Assembly (NCBI RefSeq): GCF_004010195.1
Contig: NC_057754.1
Span: forward strand, 8,036,747 to 8,085,125
DNA: 48,379 nucleotides
Source: Chiloscyllium plagiosum
Lineage: Eukaryota
Direction: 5' to 3'
The notes beneath the pieces were generated by a model. It was not told where the DNA came from, searched no databases, and saw only the letters and a list, made by a program, of their open reading frames with translations. Shown here piece by piece: positions 1 to 11,420 of this stretch. The position numbers and the translations under genes were made by a program. The stretch's first letter is position 1, and every line of letters starts with the position of its first letter.

Positions 1-692
1 AGTGTCGGAAGCTGATGGGTCGCCTTATAGAGGCTTATGAAATCACGAGGGGCTTGGATGGGGTGAATAGACAAGGTCTTTTCCCCAGGGTAGGGGAGGG
101 AGAAACTAGAGGGCATCGGTTTAACGTGAAGAGGGTGAAAGACATAGAAGGGACTTGTAGGGCAACGTTTTCATGCAGAGAGTGGTGCATGTATGGAATG
201 AGCTGTTGGAGGAAGTGGTACATTTGCACCATTTAAAAGACATTCTGACTGGGTGCATGAATAGGAAGGGTTTAGATTAGATTAGATTAGATTACATTAC
301 AGTGTGGAAACAGGCCCTTCGGCCCAACAAGTCCACACCGGCCCTCCGAAGAGCAACCCACCCAGACCCATTCCCCTACATTTACCCCTTCACCTAACAC
401 TACGGGCAATTACACATGGCCAATTCACCTGGCCTGCACATGTTTGGACTGTGGGAGGAAACCGGAGCACCCGGAGGAAACCCACACAGACACAGGGAGA
501 GTGTGCAAACTCCACACAGGCAGTCGCCTGAGGCTGGAACTGAACCCAGGCCTCTGCCGCTGTGAGGTAGCAGTGCTAACCACTGTGTCACTGTGCCATC
601 CATGGGTTTGGATTAGGTTCGGATATCTGGTCGGTGCAGAAAGGTTGGATGGAAGGGTCTTTATGCTTGTTGTACAACTCTATGAACTCTAT
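1..692 (+). mobile_element. HER1/CR1 LINE 3' fragment, interrupted by an HE1 SINE
   Basis: Degenerate ORF2 C-terminus (LIEAYEITRGLDGVNRQGLFPR..TRGHRF) and 3' tail ggatatctggtcgg...ctctatgaactcta; split at about 272-601. Confidence 0.8.
272..601 (-). mobile_element. HE1-type (V-SINE) tRNA-derived SINE
   Basis: Minus strand shows A box TGACACAGTGGTTAG, B box GGTTCAGTTCC, core TGTGTGGAGTTTGCACACTCTCCC, a CR1-like tail and (TCTAA)n end. Confidence 0.88.
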
Positions 693-795
693 TCAAGTTG
701 CTATATTCTCACTTATGTTATCCTATGGCACAAATTGTTATGATTGTGTGAAATTTGGCATTTTTGCTTCTGCCTGATGAAAAGATTCAATGATA

Positions 796-1099
796 GGAGT
801 CCAGAACTAGAGGGGCATAGGTTTGGGGTGAGAGGGGAAAGATGTAAAAGGGACCTAAGGGGCAGCTTTTTCACACAGAGGGTGGTACGTGTATGGAATG
901 AGCTGCCAGAGGAAGTGGTGGAGGCTGGTACAATTGCAGCAATTAAAAGGTATCTGGATGGGTATATGAATAGGAAGGGTTTGGAGGGATATGGGCCAAG
1001 TGCTGGCAAATGGGACGAGATTAGATTAGGATATCTGGTCAGCATGGACTAGTTGGACCGAAGGGTCTGCTTCTGTGCTGGACATCTCTACAACTCTAA
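796..1099 (+). mobile_element. HER1/CR1 LINE 3' end (5'-truncated)
   Basis: GHRFGVRGERCKRDLRGSFFTQRVVRVWNELPEEVVEAGT, the typical CR1 ORF2 C-terminus, plus 3' UTR shared with copies at 22922, 26962 and 44697. Confidence 0.9.
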
Positions 1100-1159
1100 T
1101 ATTTAAGGTCTCTGACACTAAGCGACTCTTTGGTTTTTGAAATCACGATTGGGCTGGGC

Positions 1160-1425
1160 AGCTGGTCCCACTCGTAACAAGAATGAGCGGGCACAGATTT
1201 AAAGTGATGGGCAGAGGGAGGAACGGTGAAGTGAGGAAAAATCTTAGGGTGTGGACTGCACTACCTGGAAATGTGGTGGAGGCAGGTTCAATCGAGGCAT
1301 TCGTGAGGACAGTTATTTGAATAGAAATGGCGCACAGGGAGATGAATAAGCCAGACCTTGGCACAAGGGAGTAGAACCGGCACTGGCATGATGGGCCGAC
1401 TGGCCTCCTCCAGTGCCGTGACGGC
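1160..1425 (+). mobile_element. Older CR1-subfamily 3' fragment
   Basis: gggcacagatttaaagtgatgggcag...gtggtggaggcaggttcaatcgaggcattc...gggccgactggcctcct tail motif. Confidence 0.6.
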
Positions 1426-1854
1426 TGTGTGGTCTGAGCAGCTGAATCGGCACAGGCTGGCGAGTATGGAGTGGGTGGCTTGGCAGCTCGCCCGATCCGG
1501 GCAGAAAGCACATGATTAATAAAATATTCAGCATGCACCACGCTGACACGCAAGAGAGAATTTGGCTGCTTTTAATTAAAGTTGGTAATCAGACGTGTTT
1601 GATTCCGTCCCTCGCTGTAGCACAGTAAAGGGTGGTAGCGAGGTTACATGGATGGCTGGAGAGAGCCTGTAATTATTTCTGATGGGTCCTGTCCTCATGT
1701 TTACATAATTTTAATTACACCTTATCGTCTGTTTGTGTTTCTTGCTTAACTCGGGAGTCCCTTATCTCTCTGTCAAATAAAAGACCAAATCTCAAACCCT
1801 GTTGCCCAGGGCTCTGCGTGCTTGAAGTTGGGTATGTTAATATTCATTGATGGG

Positions 1855-2135
1855 ATGTTGGCACCTTGTGTATTGTCCATTCCCAATTGGCCAGAGGGCA
1901 GTTAAGAGTCACTCACCTCGCTTTAGTTCTGGGGTCACACCTGGTCAGATCAGGTAAGTACGGCAGAAAACCTTCTCTGAAGGACGTGGGTGAAGTGGAC
2001 TCTTCATGACAATCAACAGCGATTGCCTCGGCTTTTTTTTTTAAACATTGGCTCCTTTTGTTCCGTTGTGTTCAAATGTCACGATGGGAATCGAACCCAC
2101 ATCCCCAAAGCATTAGCCACTGGTCCAGGGACTGC
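1855..2135 (-). mobile_element. Second tRNA-derived SINE family (tail shared with the L2/CR1-group LINE at 4862)
   Basis: ccagagggcagttaagagtc...ggtcacac...caggtaag...ggcag matches the copies at 29587 and 34135; minus-strand B box GGTTCGATTCC. Confidence 0.65.
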
Positions 2136-2709
2136 GCTGCTGCCAGACGCACCGAGGATTTTGATGGGGTCTGCTCGTGAAGCGAGTGTGCAGCGGACAC
2201 TGGCAAAGATGTTGCGTACAGCATCAGCAGTTTGGAGGCTGTTAACAGTATTTCACCATATCTTAGCCCAAAAACTACTTGCACAAACGTTAAATCTGAG
2301 GAGCGACCTGATTGAAGAGTAAAGGATTTGACTGTGTTGTATAAGCAAAGGAAAATTATGCAGGGGATTCTTTTTTATTGTTGGACCAGCCCCTTCTGAA
2401 GGTGGTAATGAGCGACCTGTTGCTTGGCCGCAGTCCTCACGATGCTGTTGAAGAAGTTTGATCCCGCGACAGCGAGGGAACGTCCAATATTGGAACATCC
2501 AAGTGAGAATGCGAGTGGCTCGGAAGGGCAGGTGGTGATCTCATCTATCTGCTGCTCTTGACCCTCTGCGCAGTGGATGTCAGGGGTCCACAAAGGTGCT
2601 GAAGGAGGAGCTTTGAAAAACTGTCCCACATGAGACTTCCATCTGTCCCTACTTTCTCACCCTCTGTCAGAGTCATCTTTAGGTCTTCTCTTCCTCCCTT
2701 ACGTACCTT

Positions 2710-2985
2710 AAAGGGTCACAGTCTTAAGGATCCAGGGTGGGCCGTTTAGCACTGAGATGAGAAGGAATGTCTTCGGGTGAGAGTGGGGAACTTGTGGAAA
2801 TCTCTGCCAGAGAAAGCAGTTGAGGCCGAAACATTGAATGTGTTTTACAAAGGAGTTTTAACGTAGTTCTTAAAAGGATTAAAGGGTATGGGAGCAAGCA
2901 GGGTACCAGGTGGATGATCAGCCATGATCACGTTGAAAAGCAGAGCCGGTTTGAAGGGCCGAATGGCCCACTCCTCCTGTTTCCT
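2710..2985 (+). mobile_element. CR1-subfamily 3' fragment
   Basis: aagggtcacagtcttaaggat...actgagatgagaagg...gatcagccatgatc...gggccgaatggcc tail. Confidence 0.65.
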
Positions 2986-3269
2986 TTCTTTTTGAAGAGG
3001 TAACATTCCAGAGACGTGTGTCCAGTCCTCACTTCAAACACCGGGAGTTCTAAGTTAATTGAAGTCAGTCAATCTGGAGCTAAAAGCTGTTCTCAGTAAT
3101 GGTGACCATGAGGAACCAGTGTAGATTGTCAGAGTAACCCCACTTTGTTCACTCATGTCGTTTAGGAATGGTAAGCTGTCACTCTTACCCAGTCTGACTG
3201 GAATGTGACTCCAGGCCCACAGCAATGATCAAAATGAACAGGCACTTAGAGGGTCAAATGCCTTCCTGC

Positions 3270-3530
3270 CCTGATACTTGGGACCACCATTCCCCTTTAA
3301 ATTCTCCTTCAAGCCACTCACCATCCTGACTTGGGAACATATTGGCCATTCCTTCAGTGCTTGCTAGGTCAAAATCCTGGAATCCCCTCCCAAAATGCAT
3401 TGTGGGTCTAGCCCCACGGCACATGGAATGTCAAGGTTCAAAAAGCAACTCACAACAATGTTCTCAATGGGCAACTAGAGACGGGCAAAAAGTGCTGGGT
3501 GACACCCCCATCCCAGGAGTGAATAAATAG
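3270..3530 (+). mobile_element. 3' end of L2/CR1-group LINE
   Basis: Aligns by eye to 5730-5950 (ccatcctgacttgg...gtcaaaatcctggaa...ttgtgggtc) and ends in gtgaataaa plus an A-rich tail. Confidence 0.65.
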
Positions 3531-3555
3531 AGAGAAAAAAAACATACGTACTCAC

Positions 3556-3695
3556 ATACTGTTGACCTCATTTGTAAGATGACCCCTGACCTCTGACCAC
3601 AGAGACCCTTGACATTTTGGCTCCTTCTTGTCCAACCTTTGGGAGTTGGGTTGGCGGGAGCAGTCTCTGTATTGGCAACTCCATGGCTGGACTGA
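3556..3695 (-). other. Candidate antisense exon (140 bp), unverified
   Basis: Minus-strand acceptor CCCTCTCCCATCGTCCCGCTGTCCTCCTCACAG and donor TAT|GTGAGT; open from base 1 (SVQPWSCQYRDCSRQPNSQRLDKKEPKCQGSLWSEVRGHLTNEVNS); no recognised repeat here. Confidence 0.3.
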
Positions 3696-4861
3696 CTGTG
3701 AGGAGGACAGCGGGACGATGGGAGAGGGTGAACCTCGAACCCTCAGGCAACATCCCATGTGTATAATTCCCCAGCCCTACATTCTAGCTAAAGGTCCGGG
3801 TCTCGCAAACCTGACCTGCGCAAGGCACCCGGAAGAAATTAGACCTTGCGAGCTGTCTTTCTCCAGCACCCGGGCAGCAAGTGGAAGAAAGTGAGCCCAT
3901 CCTCGAGCTTTCGAGACTCACGCGCCAGGAGGAGAAGTGGCGAGATGGTCGTCCAGGATCCTTTTCAACCACTTCTGTAATCTGTCAGGCTTTGGAAAAG
4001 AAAGCAGCAGCAGATGGCGGCGGCGACAGAAAGTGATGAATGTGCAGTGTCAGCTCATGGGCTAATTGTTTTAATAACTCCGCATTGTGATGCTGATTCG
4101 GCTGCGGAGCACAGGGGAGTGCATCGGCAAAGGTGGAGAGATTGTTTGCAGCGATTGCAAATCGCTGCTTGGACCTTTGAAGTCGCACTGCAGTAGAATC
4201 TATGGTCGCAGGTCAATGGTAGCTGAGCGCAGAAGGAACATGGTGAGGGAGTTAGGGACGGTTGAAGTGCCAGATGTTGAAGTAGTTCTCTGTGAGACGT
4301 TAATTTTACTGTTGACGAGCGCCGCAGGGAACCAGAATTGGTCTGGGCTTTAGTGACGTGGCCAGTGGGAATTTGTCTGCAACTGTTGTGGTAACAATGC
4401 TTTTCCCCCTTCAGTCCATACCCACAGTTAGCAGTACTTTGCCACATGGATGAGCTGAAGATAAGAACTATTGCGTTAAGTAAAAGCTAGTTGACGCAAG
4501 AAGGGGAACACTCACGTGGATGTCTGAACTGCTGAGCACTTTTCAGGCAAGTGGGTGCCCCCGACTAGAATTTTGTGCAAGTTCTTTGGAAAGGAGATGG
4601 GTGGCACAGGATTTTAAACGCGGCTTCATTGACAAAGAAACAGAGTACAAGCCTGGAATCGACAGCACCCTGCATATAAGACTGGCCGAGGCAGCAGCCG
4701 TCATGTTGTTGAAGAAGTATTGAGATGTACACTTCAGATTTCAAGGCATACAAGGCCAAGGGCCAAGTGCTGGGAAATAGGGTTCGGGTAGTCAGGTGCT
4801 TTATTTCACTGGCCTCGCGCTCGATGGGCCGAAGGGCCATTCTCTATGCTTCAGTGCTCAA

Positions 4862-5955
4862 GGGCACATTTGATCATGGAGCCTAAGCAAAACTAGAGTC
4901 GGTAGGTATCTGGGGAAAACTCTCCTCTGGATGGAATTCTACCCGACACACACTTAGAAAGATGGTTGCGGCTGTTGGAGGTCAGGCATCTCAGCTTCAG
5001 GTCATCCATACAGGAGTCCCTCAGGGTAGTGTGCTAAGCCCAACCATCTTCAGCTGCTTCACCAATTACCTTCCCTCCATCATGAGGTCGGAAGTGGGGA
5101 TGTTCACCGGTGATTGCACAATGCTCAGCACCATTCACCACTCCTCAGATACTGAAACAGTCCATGTTCAAATATAACAAGATCTGGACATATCCAGGCT
5201 TGGACTGACAAGTGGCAACTAACATTCCCGGCAATGCCAGGCAATGACCATCTCCAATAAGAGGAAACCTAACCACTGTCACTTGACATTCAATGGTGTT
5301 ACCATCAGTGAATCCCCCACTATCAGCATTATGGAGCTACCATTGACCAGACACTCATTGTAATCCCAATACAAATACAGTGGCTACAAGAGCAGGTCAG
5401 AGGCTAGGACTACTGCAGCGAATGACACACCTCCTGACTTCCCATAGCCTGTCTACCATTTACAAGGCATAAATTGGGAATGTGATGGAGTACTCTCCAC
5501 TTGCCCTTGGATGGGTGCTGCTCCAATAACACTCATGAAGCTCAACGCCATCCAGGACAAAGCAGCCCTACCTGACTGGCACCACATCCACAAACACCCA
5601 CTCCCTCCACCCCCGACGCTCATAGCAGGAGAGATGTGCCATCTACAAGATGCACTGCAGAAATTCACCAAAGATCCTCAGACAGCACCTTCCAAACCCA
5701 CAACCACTTCCATCTAGAAGGGCATGGGAGCACCACCCCCTGCAAGTTCCCCTCCAAGCGACTGACCATCCTGACTTGGAAAAATATCACCGTTCCTCCA
5801 CTGTCGCTGGGTCAAAATCCTGGAACTCCTCTCTCACGGTATTGTGGGTCAGCCTACAGCACACGGACAGCAGCGGTTCAAGAAGGCAGCTCACCCCCAC
5901 CTTCTCAAGGGCATATAGGGACAAGCAGTAAATGCTGGGCCCACATCCCACCTTA
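4862..5955 (+). mobile_element. L2/CR1-group LINE, decayed reverse transcriptase plus 3' UTR
   Basis: RT motifs GVPQGSVLSPTIFSCF and MFTGDCT (degenerate FADD), followed by stops and frameshifts. Confidence 0.85.
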
Positions 5956-6384
5956 ATTCAGCTGTGGTCCAACAGCTCGAGTCTGTAATGTACTGCATGG
6001 AAGTGAGTCAGCAAAGGCTGGTCAGAAATATCAGTGCATGTGGGTGACCTGGACTTGGGTGGACAGAGAGGCGGTTCAATGCCTAGGCATGTAATAGTTG
6101 GTAAAGAGGGAAGGATCAAAATTCAGGAGCGCAGGATGGAATGGGTAGGCGTCTACTGATGTAATTTGCTACAGAGATGTGTAGATCAGGGAATTTCAAT
6201 GGGGAAACCAAGGGAAGACAATGCAAATGACATGGCGGTAAGGAAATAGTCTTTAGTCAAAAGGTCAGCCATGTTCTCACTGAAGGCCTTAAAGGGCCTG
6301 TTTCCTATGGGGCGCAGGTTCCGAGGGGATGTAGTAACAGAGAGACCTGAGGGTTTATGCACGCCGCGATCTAAGAATAAGGGA

Positions 6385-6660
6385 TAAGACATTCCGGGCT
6401 GAGATGAGGAAGAGTTTATTCACTCAGAGAGTTGTGAACCTGTGGAATTCCCTCCCACCGGAAGCTGTTGGGGCCGGTTCATTAGTTATATTCAAGAGGG
6501 AGGTGGACGCGATCTTTGCGGAAAAAGACTTCGAGGGGTAAGGAGAGAAAGCCGGAATGGGATACTGAGATTGCATGATCACTACGGTCATATTGAATAG
6601 TGGTGCAGGCCCCAAGGGCCGAATGGTCTACTGCTGCACCTGTTCTCTCTGATTCTGTAT
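6385..6660 (+). mobile_element. CR1-subfamily 3' fragment
   Basis: ctgagatgaggaagagtttattcactcagagagttgtgaacctgtggaattc...gggccgaatggtctactgctgc. Confidence 0.7.
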
Positions 6661-7025
6661 GAGGCAGGTCTGTAAGGCGAAGACGAGGGTTGCTTGATTT
6701 TATAAATGAAGGGGGCAGTGTACAAAAACATGAAGCCGGGCCCCTGCTTACTGCGGTCAGTCCTCAGCAGAACTACTGCAGTAGTTGACATCGAGATGGG
6801 TGTCAATGCCTTTGAGAGAGTAGCGAGGAGATTTCCGACAATATTTCCCAGCATTAGTGAGACCACATTGGGAGCACTTCACCCCTTTAATTAAGAAAGG
6901 ATTTTTTTTAGATGAGAAGCAGTTCGCTAGAAGAAGATGAACTCTGATTTAAGTAATTTCTATTCATTCTTTTCACATCTGGATTGTGGCAACAAAGCTC
7001 TTTTCACTGTATCTTCAAGATATAT

Positions 7026-7327
7026 TAGATTAGAATAGATTAGATTACTTACAGCCCAACAAGTCCACACCGCCCTGCCGAAGCGCAACCCACCCATACC
7101 CCTACATCTACCCCTTCCCTAACACTACTGGCAATTGAGCATGGCCAATTCACCTGACCTGCACATCTTTGGACTGTGGGAGGAAACCGGAGCACCCGGA
7201 GGAAACCCACGCAGACACGGGGAGAATGTGCAAACTCCACACAGTCAGTCACCTGAGTCGGGAATTGAACCCGGGTCTCTGGCGCTGTGAGGCAGCAGTG
7301 CTAACCACTGTGCCACCGTGCTGCCCA
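7026..7327 (-). mobile_element. HE1-type SINE, well conserved
   Basis: Minus strand GGGCAGCACGGTGGCACAGTGGTTAGCACTGCTGCCTCACAGCGCCAGAGACCCGGGTTCAATTCC (A and B boxes); TCTAA-type tail. Confidence 0.92.
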
Positions 7328-7409
7328 CAATGTGACAATAAAATCATTCCTTCATTAAGGGTAAAGGTTGGGGTCCTGTCTCCATTGGAACGTGGAATTA
7401 CAGAATTCC

Positions 7410-8360
7410 TCCAGGGTGGAAGCAGGCCATTCAACCCAACGAGTCCACAGCGACCCTTCAAAGACCATCCCATCAAGATCCACTCCACTACCCTATCCCT
7501 GTAACCCTGCCTATCCCATGGCTAATCCTCCTAACCTGCACATCCCTGGGCACTACGGGACAATTTAACATGGCCAATCCACCCTAACCTGCACATCCTT
7601 GGGCATTATGGGACAATTTCCCACGGCCAATCCACCCTAACCTGCACCTCCCTGGGCACTATGGGACAATTTAGCATGGCCAATCCACCCTAACCTGCAC
7701 ATCCCTGGGCACTATGGGACAATTTAGCATGGCCAATCCACCCTAACCTGCACATCCCTGGACACTATGGGACAATTTCCCACGGCCAATCCACCCTAAC
7801 CTGCACATCCCTGGGCACTATGGGACAATTTAGCACGGCCAATCCACCCTAATCTGCATTAGCACGGCCAATCCACCCTAACCTGCACATCCCTGGGCAC
7901 TATGGGGCAATTTAGCACGGCCAATCCACCCTAACCTGCACATCCCTGGACACTATGGGACAATTTAGCACGACCAATCCACCCTAATCTGCACATCCCT
8001 GGGCACTATGGGGATATTTAGCACGGCCAATCCACCCTAACCTGCACATCCCTGGGCACTATGGGACAATTTAGCACGGCCAATCCACCCTAACCTGCAC
8101 ATCCCTGGGCACTATGGGGATATTTAGCACAGCCAATCCACTCTAACCTGCACATCCCTGGGCACTATGGGGATATTTAGCACGGCCAATCCACCCTAAC
8201 CTACACATGAGTGGACTGTGAGAGGAGCAGTGGAAGGAAACCCTCGTCGACATGGAGGGTGCGTGCAAACTCCACATGGAGAGTCATCCAAGAATGGAGT
8301 CAAGCCCATGTCTCTGGCACTGTGAGGCAACAATGTGAACCTCTGAGCCATCGTGCCACG
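7410..8360 (-). mobile_element. HE1-type SINE with about 13 copies of a 53-bp internal tandem repeat (about 7517-8210)
   Basis: Unit ccaatccaccctaacctgcacatccctgggcactatgggacaatttagcacgg, period 53 (7681 to 7734); SINE head at 8210-8360 and tail at 7410-7510. Confidence 0.88.
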
Positions 8361-8967
8361 CTAAACAACGAGAGGTGGTCTTCCTGAGACACATGCAATT
8401 GCAAGGAGGCTCGACAGGGCCAGTGGTGAGATAATTCTCTCTGCGGGATAGAGTAGAGCTAGGAACCACAAGGTTTCAAAATGGGCAGCTTCCCTTTGAA
8501 GACAAAGACATGGAGGACTTTTTGTTTGGATAGATTCCCTGCTGCGTGGAGTGGTGGGGGCAGGGAACTATGTATCCTTTCGAGGCTGCAGGAAGTAGAC
8601 AGTTGACTGGTAAAAGAGTCAAAGTGGATTCCAGTGGGTAAATGGAGTTCTGTGGCGGGGGCGGGGGCGGGGGGGTTGCTGACTGGCTAACACCTACTCC
8701 TGGTTGGTGCTGAGGACATGAGAATTCTGCTACATGGAGATTTGTGGTTAGCTGTAGCAGCTCCTCAGAACAGGCAGGGTGTTCAGAGTCATGGATTATG
8801 TTTTAGGAAGCTTTGTTTGAATTGGCACCTTAATCAACTGGCAAAAGCTGTACACCTCAAATACGGTGACCTACTCCGAAGACTTGAGTATCGTTGTGCC
8901 TTCTTGACCATCACATCGGTGGTCCAGGAGGCGTGATTATACCCTTCATTGCATTCGTCTTACTTAC

Positions 8968-9084
8968 CGTGTGGTTTATGTTGATTTTCCGAGGTACATT
9001 GATGCTTTCACATAGATTTCTTTGAGGAATGTTGATGTCTTCAAGCTCCACTTGGTCAGGTTGTACTGCGATTCTCTTCATTAC
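8968..9084 (-). other. Candidate antisense exon (117 bp; an alternative acceptor gives 8968-9140), unverified
   Basis: Donor ACG|GTAAGT; acceptors ATATTTCAG (exon from 9084) or CCCCCTCCTTTAGTACAG (exon from 9140). Only one open frame: (NSRLTSPLRSVLVDQIFQ)VMKRIAVQPDQVELEDINIPQRNLCESINVPRKININHT. Confidence 0.33.
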
Positions 9085-9689
9085 CTGAAATATTTGATCA
9101 ACCAGTACACTCCTCAACGGGCTGGTTAATCGAGAGTTTGCTGTACTAAAGGAGGGGGTTCACTGGGCGGGGTGTGTCAAGACCCACAGGGCACCGCTTT
9201 GTAAGGTATCTGACCTGAAATGAGGAGAATTTGTTCACACGAGTTCTTGCAATGTAGGATGCAAGATAGCAGATGAATACTCAGTTGTAACTTTCAAAAT
9301 GACGGACTGACCAGCAAGCTAAGAAACTATTGAAGTGGCTAATTTTAACTCATGAGTTTTCACAGTCCTTGATAATGAACGAAAGCTAACTGGAAACCAG
9401 AGTTCACAATCAACTATTGTTCAATAGAGATATTCAGCGGGAACTTATCACCTTACACTCATCAGGACAAATGCAGGAATGCCAATTTTCAAAGGAAAAC
9501 ACCAATTTATAGTGCAGGAGGAAAGGGTGCCAATTAGGTAGGAAGCTTTGCTTTGCTAGGCCACTGTTATGGGACTGATCGCTGCGAGAATGATTGCTTA
9601 GATAACTGAGAAGCATGTAGCTTCCCACTGCTTTCTCCATGGCAACACCTCGACCAATCAGAGTCAACTTGCCAGGCCTTAGGAAGGGT

Positions 9690-10120
9690 ATGAAGACATT
9701 GGAGGAGAGTGCAAAGGGTCTCAAGAATGGTTCCAGTGGTGAGCAATTTCCATTGCCAAGGTCGATTGGAGCGGTTGGGACTGGTCTACATGATGAAGGG
9801 AATATTGAGAGGAGATTTGTTGGCTGTGTCCAAAATCACGAGGGGTCTAGACGGAGAAGACAGGGAGACACCGTCCGCACTTGTGAAAGGGCACTTGATT
9901 TAGCAAAGTGCTGGGCCCAAAGTGCAGCAAGTGGAATGCAGCCTCGAATGCAGCGCCTGAAAGATTAGTGAGGCAGGTACAATCGAGACGCTCAAATAGC
10001 GGATTACAGGGTCGGTTGAAAAGGTTATGTAGGATTCCAGGGAGAAGGCTCACCCAGAGAGCCAGCACAGACATGAGGGGCCGAATGGCTTTCTCCCGCA
10101 CTGTGACAATTCTGTGAGTC
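9690..10120 (+). mobile_element. Old CR1 3' fragment
   Basis: Degenerate RLERLGL..LRGDLLAVSKITRGLD and tail gggccgaatggctttctcc. Confidence 0.6.
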
Positions 10121-10159
10121 TGCTGTTCATTTGTCGTTGCATCAAATCTATTGGGCTCC

Positions 10160-11420
10160 TTTTAGTTCACTCATAGGCTGTGTGTAGGGCTGGCTGGCCA
10201 CGATTTATTGGCCCTTCAGAAGGTGACGGTGAGCTGCCCCCCTTGAACCATGTGCTGCAGATAGACTCCCCCAGTTCCCATAGTTGAAGAATGTTGACCC
10301 AGTGTTACAGAGCGGTGGGTTGAACCCCCACCCCACCCAAGAGCTTAATACCTAAACACCCAAAAGGAGCCCCTCCCTTCGTAATCTGTTATAAAACAGA
10401 GGTGGTTTAGTGAAATGAAATCCCTTCACTCACTCTACGGTCAACAAGTACGAATTTATTTATCCAACTCCAACAGTGGCAAATTAACAGAATTTGTCAC
10501 AATAAATCATGAGCAAACCGAAGAATTTCCCCTCGATCCACTAACCGTTCCCTAAGAAGACAAAATCCTGATGGTATGCTGTTCTAGTAAAATACAAGTC
10601 TCACTAATATAACAAAACAATAGAATTTAATCTCTCAAAACTACAGCTAAAGTACATCTTCCGGAACGCTCAGCACCCTCTCTGCTGATCCTCCAGCAGG
10701 AAAATCTTTCTCCGTTGAATTCTGGTGTCCAATACGCCTCTCTCTCTTGAATTCCTGTGTCAGGGATATTAGTTAAGAGTGACGTAATGCCTTTTAGATG
10801 GTGCTGTATCAGAGAGCTTAAATATTTCTGTGAGAGCCAGATGTTTACTCTTCAGATGGCAGTGTGCTGTCACACCGATCTTTTATACCCTGATGACGTG
10901 TTAATTTTTTTTACAATCAGATTAATTCTAGGTAGTCAAAACCATCAGATTTAAATTTAATTGGGTTTTGATATCTGGGGCCTGATTTGAATTAATTGGC
11001 TATTAATCAGGCTGGTTGCCTTAACATCAAAACAAGCCTAGGTTGCCAACCACACAGCCAATTGACGCATACATTTCAGCTTCAGAACTCTCTGTGCATC
11101 TACAGTGCATGTGGACACTTATTGTTTAAATCTCCAAGCTTTGAAAAGCATGTCACCTCTTAAAGGGACCACACGCACACAGTTTCTCCTCCTCCCCACT
11201 CCCAATCATTTTTACAAATTCTAACTTGCTGCCCTCCAATTCACAAGTACACGATGCAACGCCGTAACACCAGCAACAGTGAAGGAACGGCCGATACATT
11301 TCCAAGTCAGGACGGCATGTGGTTCGGAGGGGTGGTGTTCCCATGGATCTGCTGTCCCTGTCCCCGTAGAGGTCGTGAGATTGGAAGGTGCTGTCGAAGG
11401 AACTGTTTTAAGAAAGGAGG
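10160..11420 (-). mobile_element. L2/CR1-group LINE 3' fragment hosting the solo LTR (pieces 10160-10302 and 11270-11420)
   Basis: Both pieces are reverse complements of the 5700-5950 tail and join seamlessly once the LTR is removed. Confidence 0.7.
10303..11269 (-). mobile_element. Solo LTR (967 bp, probably Gypsy-class) with 4-bp TSD CCAG
   Basis: Starts TGTTACAG and ends CCGTAACA (inverted TG..CA termini); CCAG at 10299-10302 and 11270-11273. Splits a minus-strand LINE tail (ttgacccag | caacagtgaaggaacgg). Minus-strand TATAAAA (10881-10887) and AATAAA (10455-10460). Confidence 0.82.

Noticed and set aside
304..743. Recurrent short ORFs (MDCGRKPEHPEETH..., WLALLPHSARD...) as a gene family
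   Set aside because: They are translations of HE1 SINE copies in various frames.
7026..7327. A/B-box sequences as tRNA genes
   Set aside because: They are SINE heads continuing into the HE1 core and LINE-derived tail, with no complete cloverleaf.
7517..8210. 53-bp, 43/44-bp and 33-bp arrays as CRISPR arrays
   Set aside because: Head-to-tail repeats with no unique spacers, no cas genes and a vertebrate intronic context.
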